Shown: positions 1 through 13,455, numbered from the stretch's first letter. The stretch is 64,000 bases of DNA from Phyllobates terribilis (GCF_046119375.1 NW_027362769.1:359848001-359912000); one strand, 5' to 3'. Notes: generated by a model not told the origin, from the letters alone. Numbers and translations are program-made.

Positions 1-2157
1 GTGTGGGTGTGAAAAGGTGCATGGGAATACACCTCCCAAGAAAAGACACTGGATTTGAGTTTATGTTACACTGCTATCATTCGGTGGTGTAGAGAAGTCT
101 TGCCCAATCCATCCCTTGTTTATTTTTATAAGAGTCAACATGTCAGCATTTTCAGTTGACAGGCAGAAGCGCTTATCAGTTATAATTCCACCAGCGGCAC
201 TAAATACCCGCTCTGATAAAACGCTGGCGGCAAGGCAGGCCAGGACCTCCAAGGCATAGAGAGCCAGTTCATTCCACGTATCCTGCTTGGATACCCAATA
301 ATTATAAGGCACAGCGGAATCACAGAGGACGTTGGTATGGTCGGCAAGGTACTCCCTCAGCATCTTCCCAAACTTTGCACTCCTTGTGAGAGTACCCCGC
401 ACCTCAGGGCCTGTGCGATGGGAGGGTCTGAGAAAACGCTCCCAGAACTTTGACAGTGTTCCCTGGCCTCAGCTGGATTGGAGTTGTGTCTCTCTCGCCT
501 GTACTCCTTGGTTATCCAACGAAGTGTGCCCTCTGCTGCCAGCGTTTTCAGATGGGAATTTTTTTAATAGTTCCGCAACAAGGGCCTTCTGGTACTGCCC
601 CATTTTTGTAGACCTGTCCGCCTCAGGAATAAGAGATATAAAGTTCTCCTTGTAGCGTGGGTCTAGAAGTATCACCAACCAGTAATGACTGTCACCCAAA
701 ATTTTGAGAACGCGAGGGTCATGGGAAAGGCAGCGTAACATAAACTCAGTCATGCGTGCCAGACTACTAACAGGCAAGACTTCCATGTCCTCACCAAGAG
801 GATGACTGACCATGCTCTCCTCCTCCTCCTCTCTGTCCTCTGGCCATCCACGCTGAACAGACTGTATGACAGCTGAGCAGGTAGTACCGTCTATAGTGAC
901 AGCTGAGCAGGTAGTACCGTCCTCCTCCTCTTCCTCATTGTCATCCAATTCATGTTGGGATGAGATGAGGCTTGGCTGTGTGTAATCACCCTTTATGGTT
1001 CCTTGCTCCATCTCTTCGTGCTCCGCCTGCAATGCATCCCCTTTGATTGTGAGCAGAAAGAGTTTCAGAAGACAGAGAAACGGGATGGTGACGCTAATTA
1101 TGGCGTCATCGCCGCTCACCATCTTGGTGGCGTCCTCAAAGTTTTGGAGAATGGTACATATGTCTGACATCCATGTCCACTCCTGAGGTCTTATGTGTGT
1201 TGTCTGAACTGAATACCGATGGCCTTGTTGATGCTGGTACTCAACAGCTGCCCTTTTCTGCTCACAAATCCTTCCCAACATCTGCAATATAGAGTTCCAA
1301 CGCGTGGGGACATCACACACCAGTCAGTGAGCCGGAAGCTGCAAATGCTGCTGAAGCATGATAAGGGCGGCAGAAGCTGTAGGTGACTTTCTAAAATGGG
1401 AACACAGACAGCATACTTTGACAAGCAGATCAGGCAGCTCTGGGTAGGATTTGAGAAATCGCTGAACCAGGAGGTTCAGCACATGGGCCAGGCATGGTAC
1501 GTTTGTGAGTTCGCCTCACCTCAGAGCAGCAACCAGGTACCGGCCCATGTCACACACGACCATGCCTGGCTGTAGGTTTAGCGGTGTGAGCCACAGAACT
1601 GCCTGCTCTTTCAGAGCTGTCCACAACTCTTCAGAATTGTGCGATTTTTCAACTAAACATATTAGCTTCTACACAGCCTGTTACCGCTTGGCCGAGGCAG
1701 TGCTGCAGTGCTTCCAGGTTGTGATTGCGACTGATGTGGTAATTTCGGAGATGGAGGCTGAGGTGCATTAGCTGTAGACTGTGGGGGCAACCCTGATTAA
1801 TCTAGGACCCGCGATCCTTGGCGTCGGGAGGACTTGTTCCGTCCCAAGGTCCGACTGGGTCCCGGCTTCCACTATGTAAACCCAGTGTGCTGTCAGCGAG
1901 ATGTACCATCCCTGCCCACAAGCACTTGTCCGTGTGTCCGTGGTTAGGTGGACTTTCCTGGTAACTGCGTTGTTGAGGGCACGGCTAATGTTTTGGGATA
2001 CGTGCTTGTGTAATGCGGGGACGGCACACCAGGAGAAATAGTGGCAGCTGGGGACCGAGTACCGAGGAACGGTCGCCGCCATCAGGTTGAGGAATGCTTC
2101 CGTCTCAACGAGCCTAAAAGACAACATTTCTAGCGCAAGCAGTCGCGAAATGTGGGA
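1..2157 (-). mobile_element. hAT (Ac-like) DNA transposon, degraded transposase 3' half, copy A (continues beyond window start)
   Basis: Minus-strand ORF fragments carry hAT motifs: 1768-2160 (FRLVETEAFLNLM..PRYSVPS, VHLTTDT), 469-1320 (DVPTRWNS, LDPRYK) and 61-402 (C-terminal dimerisation region W..LA...L...AASVLSERVFSAAG). They are broken by stops and frameshifts. Confidence 0.9.
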
Positions 2158-5100
2158 CAATACACAAGCACGTGTCGAAAAACATTAGCCGTGCCCTAAA
2201 CAACGTAGTTACCGGGAAAGTCCACATAACCACGGACACGTGGACAAGTGCTTGTGGGCAGGGATGGTACATCTCACTGACGGCACACTGAGTTAACATA
2301 GTGGAAGTCGGGAGCCAGTCGGACATTCGGACAGAACACGTCCTCCCAACACCAAGGATTGCGTGGCCCTAAGTCAATCAGAGTTGCCCCCACAGTCTAC
2401 AGCTCCTGCACCTCATCCTCCTCCTCCATCTTAGAAATGACCACATCAGTCACAAGCTGGAAGCACTGCAGCATTGCCTCGGCCAAGCGGCAACAGGCTG
2501 TGCTGAAGCTAATATGCTTAGGTGACAAACCGCACAATGCTGAAGAGTTGCGGACAGCTCTGAAAGAGCAGGCCGATCAGTGGCTCACACCGTTGAACCT
2601 ACAGCCAAGCATGGTAGTGAATGAAAATGACTGGAACCTAGTGGCGGCTCACACACATATCATGCCTGGCCCATGTGCTTAACCTCGTGGTTCAGCAGTT
2701 TCTCAAATCCTACCTGGAGCTGCCGGATCTGCTTGTTAAAATATGCCACCTGTGTATCCATTTTAGAAAGTCACCTACAGCTTCCACCGCCCTTGCCGTG
2801 CTTCAGCAGTGTTTGCAGCTTCTGGTTCCCAGATTGGTGTGTGATGTCCCCACGCATTGGAACTCTACACTGCAGATGTTGGGAAGGATTTGTGAGTAGA
2901 AGAGGGCAGTTGTTGAGTACCAGCATCATCAAGGCCGTCGGTATGAAGTTCAGACTCCACACATAAGACCTCAGGAGTGGACATGGATGTCAGACATATG
3001 TACCATCCTCCAAAACTTTGAGGACTCCACCAAGATGGTGAGCGCCGATGATGCCATAATTAACGTCACCATCCCGCTTCTCTGTCTTCTCTCACAATCA
3101 GAGAGGATACATTGCAGGCGGAGCACGATGAGATGGATCAAGGAACCATGTAGGGTGATTATACACAGCCCAGCCTCATCTCATCCCAATGTGGACAGGG
3201 TGACAATAAGGGAGAGGAGGAGGAGGAAGAACAGGAGCTAGTTTTATGAGCTATAGATGGTACTACCAACACAACTGTCATACCGTCTGTTCAGCGTGGA
3301 TGGCCTGAGGACAGAGAGGAGGAGGAGGATAGCTTGGTCAGTTGTCGTCTTGGAGAGGACACGGAAGTCTTGCCTGTTATCAGTATGGCACACATGGCTG
3401 AGTTTATGTTACGCTGCCTTTCCCGTGACCCTCAGGTTCTCAAAATTTTAGGTGAAAGTCATTACTGGTTGGTGACACTTCTAGACCCACGCTACAAGGA
3501 GAACTTTATATCTTATTCCTGAGGCGGACAGGTCTACTAAAATGGGGCTGTACCAGAAGGCCCTTGTTGCGGAACTATTTTAAAAATTCCCATCTGAAAC
3601 CGCTTGCGGCAGAGGTCACAGTTCGTTGGACAACCAAGGAATACAGGCGAGAGAGACACAACTTCAATCCAGCAGAGACCAGGGAATACTGTCAATGTTC
3701 TGGGAGAATTTTCACAGCCCCTCCCATCGCACAGGCCCTGAGGCGTGGGGTACTCTCACAAGGAGTGCAAAGTTTGGGAAGATGCTGAGGGAGTACCTTG
3801 CCGACCGTACCAACGTCCTCCGTGATTCCTCTGTGCCTTTTAATTATTGGGTATTCAAGCTGTATACGTAGAATTAACTGGCTCTCTATGCCTTGGAGGT
3901 CCTGGGCTGCCCTGCCGCTAGCGTTTTATCAGAGCTGGTTTTTAGTGCCGCTGGTGGAATTATAACTGATAAGCGCATCCGCCTGTCAACTGAAAATGCT
4001 GCTGCTTTGTCTTAGCGGGTTTTTAGTTCTGCCGGTGGAATTACAACCGAAACTGAAAATGTTGACATGCTGACTCTTATAAAAATGAACATGGGCTGGA
4101 TTGGGCCCGACTTCTCACCAACGCCGGATGATAGCAGCGTAACATAAACTCAAATCCAGTGTCTTTTTTGGGAATTGTATTCCCATGCACCTTTTCACAC
4201 CCACACATGGTTATATGCTTTCTGATTTTGGCTATTTGCTCTTGTCCTCCTCCTTCTCCTCATCCTCATCCTCCACCACCATATCACCAGGGTGACAGTG
4301 GTCCGTTATGCAACACCCACATAATTTTTGTTAAAGGGTGTTTATGATGCCCGTAAATTTTTTTTATGCAGTATGTTCATGTATACCCCCCAGGGGTAAA
4401 TGTTTGTCACCCTATACACTTAGTTCATGGGCATTACAAGTATAAGAGACTAGCTCCTTTCTAATGGGAACATTTTTTTTATGAGGCCCTCCTCCACGTC
4501 TCCTTCCAAAGGCATTGGAGTGCCTCCCAATTTTTGGCAACTCTTGCATTTACTGCATAGGCAAACACAATGGGAGACTCACTTCCTAATAATGGGAACA
4601 TTGTTTTCAGGAGGCCCTCCTCTACATCTCTACCAAGGGGCGTTGTAGTAGGTCCAAATTTTTGGCAGCCCTTGCTTTCACTGCATAGGCTAACAGTATG
4701 GGAGACCCACTTCCTAATAATGGGAACATTGTTTTCAGGAGGCCCTCCTCTAAGTCACTTCAAAGGGGTATTGGGGTGGGTCCAAATTTTCAAAGGGGTA
4801 TTGGAGTGCGTCCACATTTTGGGCAGCCCTGCCACTCACTGCATATGCAATAACAGTATAGGAGATCCACTCTTTAGAAATGGGAACAGCAAAGCATACC
4901 CGGGTGATATCTCTCTAAGAATAGTGAGGGCCGACTTCTGGCCCTTTAAGAATAGTAAAGGTCGCCTGATGGCCCTATAAAAATAGGCTTTGTGACTTTC
5001 AGAGTCCCTCCTTCATAAATTAAACAGGATGTGTCTGATCATGTCTCACACACCACATGGCCACATATGGTTGTAAAATGTTAAAACGACATTTCCCAAT

Positions 5101-5582
5101 GAATGCATTTGTCATGTTTGAAAGCAATGCAAAAGTGCAATAACGCATGAAAAACGCTACGTGTGATCATAGCCCAAGGTGTGGAGGAGTATTTTTGGTT
5201 TTGGTTATTTATTTTGCCTTATATACAAGTCATTACCCTGGAAAGGATGTTCCTTAACATATTTCCCAGGAAAATGCATTTTGGTTTTGTTTTTGTATGT
5301 TTTATTGTGAGTCCGTAAAAGTGGCGTAATACCTCTGACAACGTTGTTGACACCAGTGACCTGGGAGTCCGAAATGCTGTTCCCATAACATTTGAACACT
5401 GTTTCCATCGATGTGGGCAATTTTTAGGCCCTCTGCAGACTTGCGGGGGGAGCCGCCTGAAAAATGCTCGAGTTTCCCATAGACTTACATTGTGCTCGTT
5501 GCTCGGGTCGAGCACCCAAGTATTCCAATGTGCTCGACCCGAACAACGAGCAGCCGAGCATTTTAGTGCTCGCCCATCACTA
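2158..5582 (+). mobile_element. hAT DNA transposon 3' half, copy B, ending in a terminal inverted repeat
   Basis: Reverse-complement homologue of 1-2015 (DVPTHWNSTL, LLDPRYKEN fragments), followed by a non-coding subterminal region. It ends in ...GTGCTCGCCCATCACTA at 5582; the reverse complement TAGTGATGGGCG resembles the TAGTGTTGAG end of the MITE at 25573. Confidence 0.85.
4455..4890. repeat. ~128-bp subterminal tandem repeat (3-4 degenerate copies) inside hAT copy B
   Basis: AATGGGAACA(...GAGGCCCTCCTC) recurs at 4463, 4591, 4719 and 4879. Confidence 0.7.
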
Positions 5583-5857
5583 GTGAGCTGTTATTAATAG
5601 GCTGGGAAGATTCATGGATAGTGAGCCCTTCCCGGCATAATAACACCAGACCCCAGCTGTCTGCTTTCCCTAAGCTGATTAAGAAAAATGAGGGGGACAC
5701 CACGCCATTTTTTCTTTCTTTACTAGTTAAATACATGTACAGTAAGCTACACACGCACTGCGCTAATTTTATATCTCACTGACTTCTTTCTATCTATTCT
5801 ATGCATATATCTATTCTATCTATTCTATTCTGACGGGTCACACTGTGCATATACACT

Positions 5858-6306
5858 CATGGTCTGTGTGCCGATTTTTTTCTCGCACCCACTGCTTTGC
5901 ATTGCTGAGTCTCGTCCGATATATGCGGCCACTCGCAGCATGCTGAGATTTTTTCTCAGTCCGATTCCAGCTGAGAAAAAAATCACAGATGAACACAATC
6001 ATTCAATAACATTAGTCAGAGTGCAATCCAAATTTTTATTGGATTGCACTCGTCCGATTTAAATGCAGATGACTATGAGCCCTTTGGGTTCGCTCACATC
6101 TATGTGTAAATCCGGCGATTCCAATGTGAGAAAAAAAAATTGCATTGCATTTGCACCAATGTGATTCAATAAGGCAGTGTTCATCTGTGAGATTTTTTCG
6201 TCAGGTGGAAATGGGTTGAGTAAAAAAATTGCAGCATGCGAACGCCTGAGACTCACCAATGCAAGTCAATGAGTGCGAAAAAAAAAACGGACGGCACACG
6301 GACCAT
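5858..6306. mobile_element. MITE-like element with ~30-bp terminal inverted repeats
   Basis: ATGGTCTGTGTGCCGATTTTTTTCTCGCAC (~5859-5888) is the imperfect reverse complement of GTGCGAAAAAAAAAACGGACGGCACACGGACCATG (~6273-6306). No TSD was identified. Confidence 0.45.
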
Positions 6307-6533
6307 GCGTACTCCGTCCTTTTTTTCTCGCACACATCTCAGTAAAGACAGGAAATGTCATCAGCCAAGTACAATAAATCCACAGCAAAACCCTTAGAAT
6401 AGATAGATAGATATCCTGTAGATATTTAATGTCACAAGCCCCCTACATATAATAAAGTAGCACTCTTTAGTGCCCTTCATATGATACTAAAGGGTGTCTA
6501 GGCTTATTTAACCTATTTAATAAAAAATAGTCT

Positions 6534-6925
6534 AAAAAAAATGACGTGGGGCCTCCCTATTTTTAATAACCAGCCAAGTGACAGCAGACAGCTGTTGGTA
6601 AGGGGACAATTTCCATGCACCTTTCCAGCCTATTAATATCAGCCCCCAGCTGTCTTCTTTGCCTCTGCTGGTTGTTAAAAATGGGGTAAACCTAAAAAAA
6701 TGACGTGGGGACTCCCTATTTTTAATAACCAGCCAAGTGACAGCAGACAGCTGTTGGTAAGGGGACAATTTCCATGCACCTTTCCAGCCTATTAATATCA
6801 GCCCCCAGCTGTCCTCTTTGCCTCTGCTGGTTGTTAAAAATGGGGTAAACCTAAAAAATTGAGGTGGGGTCCCCCTATTTTTAATAACCAGCTAAGGCAA
6901 AGCACACATCTGGGGGCTGATATTA
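6534..6925. repeat. 159-bp tandem repeat (~2.4 copies), probably internal to a non-autonomous DNA transposon
   Basis: ATGACGTGGGG..CTATTTTTAATAACCAGC starts at 6541, 6700 and 6859. A related diverged inverted piece lies at ~5590-5715. Confidence 0.75.
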
Positions 6926-7713
6926 ATAGGCTGGGAAGGGTCCATGGATATTGGAGCTGGCTGTGGAGGTAATATGAGGGAGCTGGCTGTGGGGACATTG
7001 AGGGGCTGAATGTATTGGTATTGCTGTGCAGAGACCTTGTCTCTGCGCGGCAATACATTTCAATTGAATATGTGTCCAATGCGCTGACGTCGGCGGACCC
7101 CTGGACCTCGCCGCGATCATCAAGGGGTCTAGAGTGCATGTAGGCCGCATGTACAAAAAGGACATCAAGGAACGGAGGACAGGTGTGAACAAGCTTTTTG
7201 TTTGTCTTTTATGTGTATGTGAACAACAGTACAATAGGGGACATTACTACAATATAGGAACAAGAATGGGGTATTACTACAAGATGAAGACGAGGATGAG
7301 CACATTATTGCAAGAAGGTGACCAGGATGGGGCATTACTACAAGAAGGTTGTACTATCCATTGCCGGCGCCCTCGCATAGTTCCCCTGCACTCTTCATGA
7401 GGGACGCTGACAAACTCACTGCCCTGGTTACGGTAGCATCCTCACGCTCCTCTCCCCACTTCTCCTGAGCACACTACACTGCTCCCATGCTCTTAAAGGG
7501 GCAGCATGCGCACCTGCAAAGATTCCCCCAGCCCAGGCATCTTGTATAAAAGGCACTCTCCCCAATAAGGAGGTGCCTGAGCAACCCCTACAGTTACTTT
7601 GTGTTTGTGTGTGTTCACATTACCTCATTACCAGCTCCCCTTTGACAACTCCTCCTACCAGGGGAGAAAGAAATCGGTAAATGGGCGTGTATTGGTGTGT
7701 GGCCAAAATTTGC

Positions 7714-8146
7714 CTGCTCTTTATACTTTAAATGCTGCTCTATATACTGTACACACTGCTCTATATACTGTAAACGCTGCTCTATATACTGTACACACTG
7801 CACTATACACTGTATATACTGCTCTATATACTGTACACACTGCTCTATACATTGTATATACTACTCTATATACTGTACACACTGCTCTATATACTGTATG
7901 TAAACACTGAACTATATACTGTACAGACTGTTCTATATACTGTACACACTGCTCTATATACTGTACACACAGAACTATATACTGTACAGACTTCTCTATA
8001 TACTGTACATACTGCTCTATATACTGTATACACTGCTCTATATACTGTACACACTGCTCTATATACTGTACAGACTGTTCTATATACTGTACACACTGAA
8101 CTATATACTGTACAGACTGCTCTATATATATTGTACACGTTGCTCT
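7714..8146 (-). repeat. 21-bp minisatellite (~20 units), reverse-complement orientation of the large array at 30-61 kb
   Basis: Unit TATATACTGTACACACTGCTC is the reverse complement of GAGCAGTGTGTACAGTATATA. Confidence 0.95.
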
Positions 8147-8806
8147 AATATCTGGGACATCTATAAGGCTGCTGATCTGGGCTGTACAGATGTTGTGTTG
8201 GGGATGAGTCGCATTGTGAAGCTGGCGCCTTATCAGAGCTCTTCCCTCCATTACCAGCCGCAGCGTCACAGCTTCACACAGGGTCAGACACTATATTACA
8301 CAGGTGATTACAATCAGCCCCCTATGTGGATACGTGTTCACCCCCCAATACTCTGCACATTCGGGGTGTACTTATATTACAGGTCAGGGAGGTGGCAGTC
8401 AGCGGAGGCCATCGCCTGTGTTACCCTTCTAGGCTCTCAGCAGCTCCAGGTCATCCCCACATCGTACAATCCGCTTCCTGTACGATGGATATTGTAGTAA
8501 AGATCCCTGTGATGGTGACAAGAGCCGGGAATAGGAGGAACGAGCTCCCGCAGCAGTTTTATCTTCCCGGATACACAGTGATGCGCAGATCGGGAGGACG
8601 GCGGCGATGATCCCGGGACCTCCTCTCGGCTCTTTCCCGGCATCTCTGCTGGTGACGGCTACAAACGGTCAGTGGAGATGATGGAGAAGAGGAAGCGACG
8701 GAGAAAGCGCGCTCTGCTGTCCGGTGTTAGCCGGTAAAGGGCTTTTTATCCCGGGCAGGGAAGCACAAGGGGAGAGCGGCGCTTCACTCGGGCTCAGCAG
8801 GGAGGA

Positions 8807-8895
8807 GGCGGGGCCTGTGCTCAGTGTCAGCCAATAGATGCTCAGGACGGTGCAGATCAGCAGCCAATCAGTGCGCAGTAAGCCTGTACATATAA
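8807..8895 (+). promoter_or_regulatory. Histone H1 promoter (GC box, two CCAAT boxes, TATA-like element)
   Basis: GGCGGGG 8807-8813, CCAAT 8831-8835 and 8864-8868, TATAA 8891-8895; ATG at 8967. Confidence 0.7.
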
Positions 8896-8966
8896 CAGGC
8901 GCCTCCAGCTCCGGCCTCAGTGTTTTCCTATCAGGAGATATTTGTGTTCTAGTTCCGCAGCACACG

Positions 8967-9623
8967 ATGGCCGAGACCGCACCAGCCGCCGCTCCCCCTC
9001 CCGCAGAACCGGCCGCCAAATCCAAGAAGCAGCCGAAGAAATCCGCCGCCGGGGGCGCCAAGAAAAGCAAGAAACCCTCCGGTCCTAGCGTCGCCGATCT
9101 GATCGTGAAAGCCGTGTCCGCCTCTAAGGAGCGCAGTGGGGTGTCTCTGGCCGCCCTGAAGAAGGCTCTGTCTGCCGGAGGATACGATGTAGAGAAGAAC
9201 AACAGCCGCCTGAAGCTGGCCGTCAAGTCTCTGGTCACCAAGGGCGCCCTCCTCCAGGTGAAGGGCAGCGGCGCCTCCGGGTCCTTCAAGCTGAACAAGA
9301 AGCAGCAGGAGACTAAGGACAAAGCGGCCAAGAAGAAGTCAGCAGCTGCGGCCAAGCCCAAGAAACCCGCTGCAGCCAAGAAAGCCGCCAAGTCTCCGAA
9401 GAAACCCAAGAAGGCTCCGACCGCGGCCAAGAAGAGCCCGAAAAAGGCCAAGAAGCCCGCAGCAGCTGCCAAGAAGGCGGCCAAGAGCCCCAAGAAGCCA
9501 AAGGCCGCTCCGAAGCCCAAGAAGGTGACGAAGAGTCCGGCTAAGAAAGCTGCTAAACCCAAAGCTGCCAAGAGTCCTGCTAAGAAGGCAGCTAAAGCCA
9601 AGAAGCCCGCAGCTAAGAAATAA
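8967..9623 (+). CDS. H1: Linker histone H1 (replication-dependent somatic type), 218 aa
   Basis: [22 protein letters not shown]-tail, globular domain ([31 protein letters not shown]...[12 protein letters not shown]) and Lys/Ala/Pro C-tail with SPKK motifs. Intronless. The true start is the internal ATG at 8967, not the track start at 8838. Confidence 0.97.
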   Translation: MAETAPAAAPPPAEPAAKSKKQPKKSAAGGAKKSKKPSGPSVADLIVKAVSASKERSGVSLAALKKALSAGGYDVEKNNSRLKLAVKSLVTKGALLQVKGSGASGSFKLNKKQQETKDKAAKKKSAAAAKPKKPAAAKKAAKSPKKPKKAPTAAKKSPKKAKKPAAAAKKAAKSPKKPKAAPKPKKVTKSPAKKAAKPKAAKSPAKKAAKAKKPAAKK

Positions 9624-9653
9624 GCCAAAACCGCCCTGAAATTACACCACAAT

Positions 9654-9669
9654 GGCTCTTTTCAGTGCC
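9654..9669 (+). terminator. Histone 3' stem-loop of H1 (with a U-U mismatch in the stem); HDE at 9687-9695
   Basis: GGCTCT-TTTC-AGTGCC followed by ACCA; AGAGCTGTA lies 17 nt downstream. Confidence 0.9.
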
Positions 9670-9966
9670 ACCACCTTTTCCCCAGCAGAGCTGTATGATC
9701 AGTGCCACCACCTTGTCCCCTACAGAGCTGTATGATCAGTGCCAACACCTTGTCCCCTTCCGAGTTGTATGATCAGTGCCACCACCTTGTCCCCAGCAGA
9801 GCTGTATGATCAGTGCCACCACCTTGTCCCCAGCACAGCTGTATGATCAGTGCCACCACCTTGTCCCCGGCAGAGCTGTATGATCAGTGCCATCATCTTG
9901 TCCCCGGCAGATCTGTATGATCAGTGCCATCATCTTGTCCCCGGCAGATCTGTATGATCAGTGCCC
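9663..9966 (+). repeat. 37-bp tandem array (~8 copies) made of the stem-loop 3' arm, cleavage site and HDE of H1
   Basis: Unit CAGTGCCACCACCTTGTCCCCAGCAGAGCTGTATGAT starts at 9663, 9700, 9737, 9774, 9811, 9848, 9885, 9922, with a partial copy at 9959. Confidence 0.95.
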
Positions 9967-10445
9967 GTATATCCTGCCGCTTCTAGATTATAGTGTGTAC
10001 AGGGAGCGGCTCCAGTGTTATAATGAATAAGCTTTTCCCCACATCTCCGCATAGAGCTGCGCTGTGTCCCGATCACACCAGTGCAGGTGACCGATCAGTG
10101 TAATCAATGGAGGGAAGGGGCCGATGTCCTACAGAAATCTACATCATCCTAATCAATCACCACTTGTAACCTGCGTCTTTATTAGTGAAAGGATTAGTGT
10201 GCGGTTATTACTTCGATGTGAGAATTGGAGAACCAGTGATTTGACTGATGATAGAGTAGACCCTGTACAGCTCCGTGTACTGGTGACATAGAAGAACAGT
10301 GACGACGGCGGCTCCTGCTAGAAGCCGCATGTAGACATGGTGTGACCCTGTGCCAGTATCCGCAGCCAGAAAAGAGAGAACAGAGACCCTGCCCCTCTTT
10401 TTGAGGGCGGGATTAATGGGCGTTGGGATGATTTTGTGAATAATG

Positions 10446-11019
<574 letters not shown>

Positions 11020-11048
11020 ATCCGTCCTACACGTCTGACTATAACAAA

Positions 11049-11064
11049 GGCTCTTCTCAGAGCC
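11049..11064 (+). terminator. Histone 3' stem-loop of H3
   Basis: AAA-GGCTCT-TCTC-AGAGCC-ACCA. Confidence 0.95.
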
Positions 11065-11789
11065 ACCAAATCCTCCATAATAACGAGCTAATCCCTCACA
11101 TCTGCTTCATATTCTGCTGAGTGTTCACTTGTGCTCAGTAACATCAGGGGCGCTCAGTTCTCTTCTCAGTCTGCAGTTGGTATCTGGGGGGATTATTCCC
11201 TTCATTTCTGTTATAAGGGTGTAGAAATGATCTGATGACTACACGAAGTACATTCTACTCATTCAACCACTTAATATTCGTATCCCCACTAGTTTTCGCA
11301 CCGATCCTGCCGCACATCCAATAATATCAGCTTTATATAATGTATTAGGAGCCTGGACTGTGTTTTGAAGGAATAAATGCGCAGATTTCTTGGTGTATAT
11401 GATGCGATTATTATAGGACGTCCATTATCCAGCGCTATCTCCTGTGAACACTCGCTGACTCCTATCAGCCGCACGGGTCTGATCCTGGAAACGCATCAGG
11501 ATTAAGAGACTAATATCCTCTGCAGCTCTGTAGTAGGTTTATCTAGATAATATTAACCTACATTTTATAAAATCCCCGCCTCCTTCTTTCAAAGTTCTCT
11601 GTAAACTGCAGTATCTCGTTTCTTTATATTCCCGGCACTCGGAATATTGCTGGTGTGATGGAGTCACCATTGTTAGAATCAGTTCTGCACTTTGTGTTAT
11701 AGAAAGCGGATACTGTTCCCTGGATCCTGGAAATGATAGAAATTCCTGTATGGAACCAAGAGACCATTGATCGCTCAACACAAGCAAAT

Positions 11790-12045
11790 TTCCTGATATC
11801 CGACCGTCCTGAAACCACGTGATCCAGAAGGACAAAGAACAGAAAAAGCCATCAGCCCCTGAGCGGCAACTTCCTATTCGGTAACTATTAACATTAGCTC
11901 CTCCCCTTCCTCTGCTGATTGGCTGAACACAGGACGTTAGGGAGTTTGAATTTCCCGCTCCTTGTAGTTTCCGCAGCTTCTACATGTAATTGTGTTACTA
12001 CTTCTGCTGTGAAGAGAAGTGTCCGGTCTATAGATAAACTCCACT
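11790..12045 (-). promoter_or_regulatory. Orphan H4-promoter-like module (E2F-like site + TTCAAA, CCAAT, GGAGGAGCTAATG) with no adjacent gene
   Basis: The reverse complement of 11890-11960 matches H4 upstream 12910-12980 (GCGGGAAATTCAAA at 11945-11958, CCAAT at 11918-11922). The whole block also matches 20545-20770 inverted. Confidence 0.6.
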
Positions 12046-12911
12046 GAGCACATTCATGTAGTCATCTTCCAGATCACAGTGTATTCTCCATTGGATATGG
12101 GACCACTGGAATGAGAATCAATCAGCTGCTCAGTGATTATGTTATTTATACGGTTCCTTTTTTATTTGCCCAATCTGAGCTGTTGTCTTTATCTTCTACA
12201 GGAAGATAACAAATGTTCTCTAAATGCAAATCCTCAAATGAAGAAACAAGTGATATCTGAGTTTTATGATCTCTGTCAATTACAATACAAGTGTTATTAG
12301 GAGAAAGTAAATATTGTCTTTTCTGATGAGCGGAAAATCCCAGTGGTGGCAAAATATTAAGAGTATCTGAGCAGTGCTGCTGACCGCGGCTTCCTCCCTG
12401 CACTGTCCTTAGAAGAGGCAATAATCCTGGCTGCCACAATCCTCCTCTGGTCCTGTCCAGGCATGGTCACATGCTGCTGCTCCTGGCAAATCACCGCACC
12501 CCAAGAGCAATTCTATCAGAAGTGACAAGCCCGTTTTGGAAACGTCACAGAGCTCAGTCAGGATCCTATAGATTAGTCACCGGGAGCAGCCAGAATGTCA
12601 CATGTATTAATACATGTAGATTGTACAGAATGAAGCCATGGCAAGGGATGATGAGGGGAGTAGTAAGATGTGGAAATGACCATGGAGATGTGAATAGCAT
12701 GGTAGGAATATGCTGGTATGATGGAAGTGGGGGTTAATCACTGTCAGTGCCGCTATCTGTATATTCAGCAGTGATCTGATGCTTCTACTCAGCTTCATCT
12801 CACTTGCAGGAGGTTGGTGTCGTGTCTGCCCTTTTATTTATGGACTGTATCTGACACATTTCTCATCACAGGGAAAAATATATATTAGACGCTGCGAAAA
12901 CTGCACAATGA

Positions 12912-13047
12912 GCGGGAAATTCAAACTCTCCAACAGTTCAGTGTTCAGCCAATCAGCAGAGGAAGGAGGAGCTAATGTAGATTCTGTAAGACCCGCCCGG
13001 GAATCGCGTCATCTCACTCTCTCTGGTCCATCTATACGCTATATAAA
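12912..13047 (+). promoter_or_regulatory. Histone H4 promoter
   Basis: GCGGGAAATTCAAA 12912-12925, CCAAT 12949-12953, H4-type CTCTCTGGTCC element ~13019-13029 and TATATAAA 13040-13047. Confidence 0.75.
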
Positions 13048-13089
13048 GGAGGAATCAGTGAAGTTTCAGCATTGATTTCTGCTCTCTAA

Positions 13090-13407
<318 letters not shown>

Positions 13408-13439
13408 TTGTATTCTCTGCTCCATCCTGACAACCCAAA

Positions 13440-13455
13440 GGCTCTTTTCAGAGCC
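13440..13455 (+). terminator. Histone 3' stem-loop of H4
   Basis: CCCAAA-GGCTCT-TTTC-AGAGCC-ACCA. Confidence 0.96.

Noticed and set aside
7395-7640. Possible solo-LTR fragment (TATAAAAGG, GGTGCCTGAGCAA)
   Set aside because: No second copy, TG..CA termini, PBS/PPT or TSD could be established from the sequence alone.
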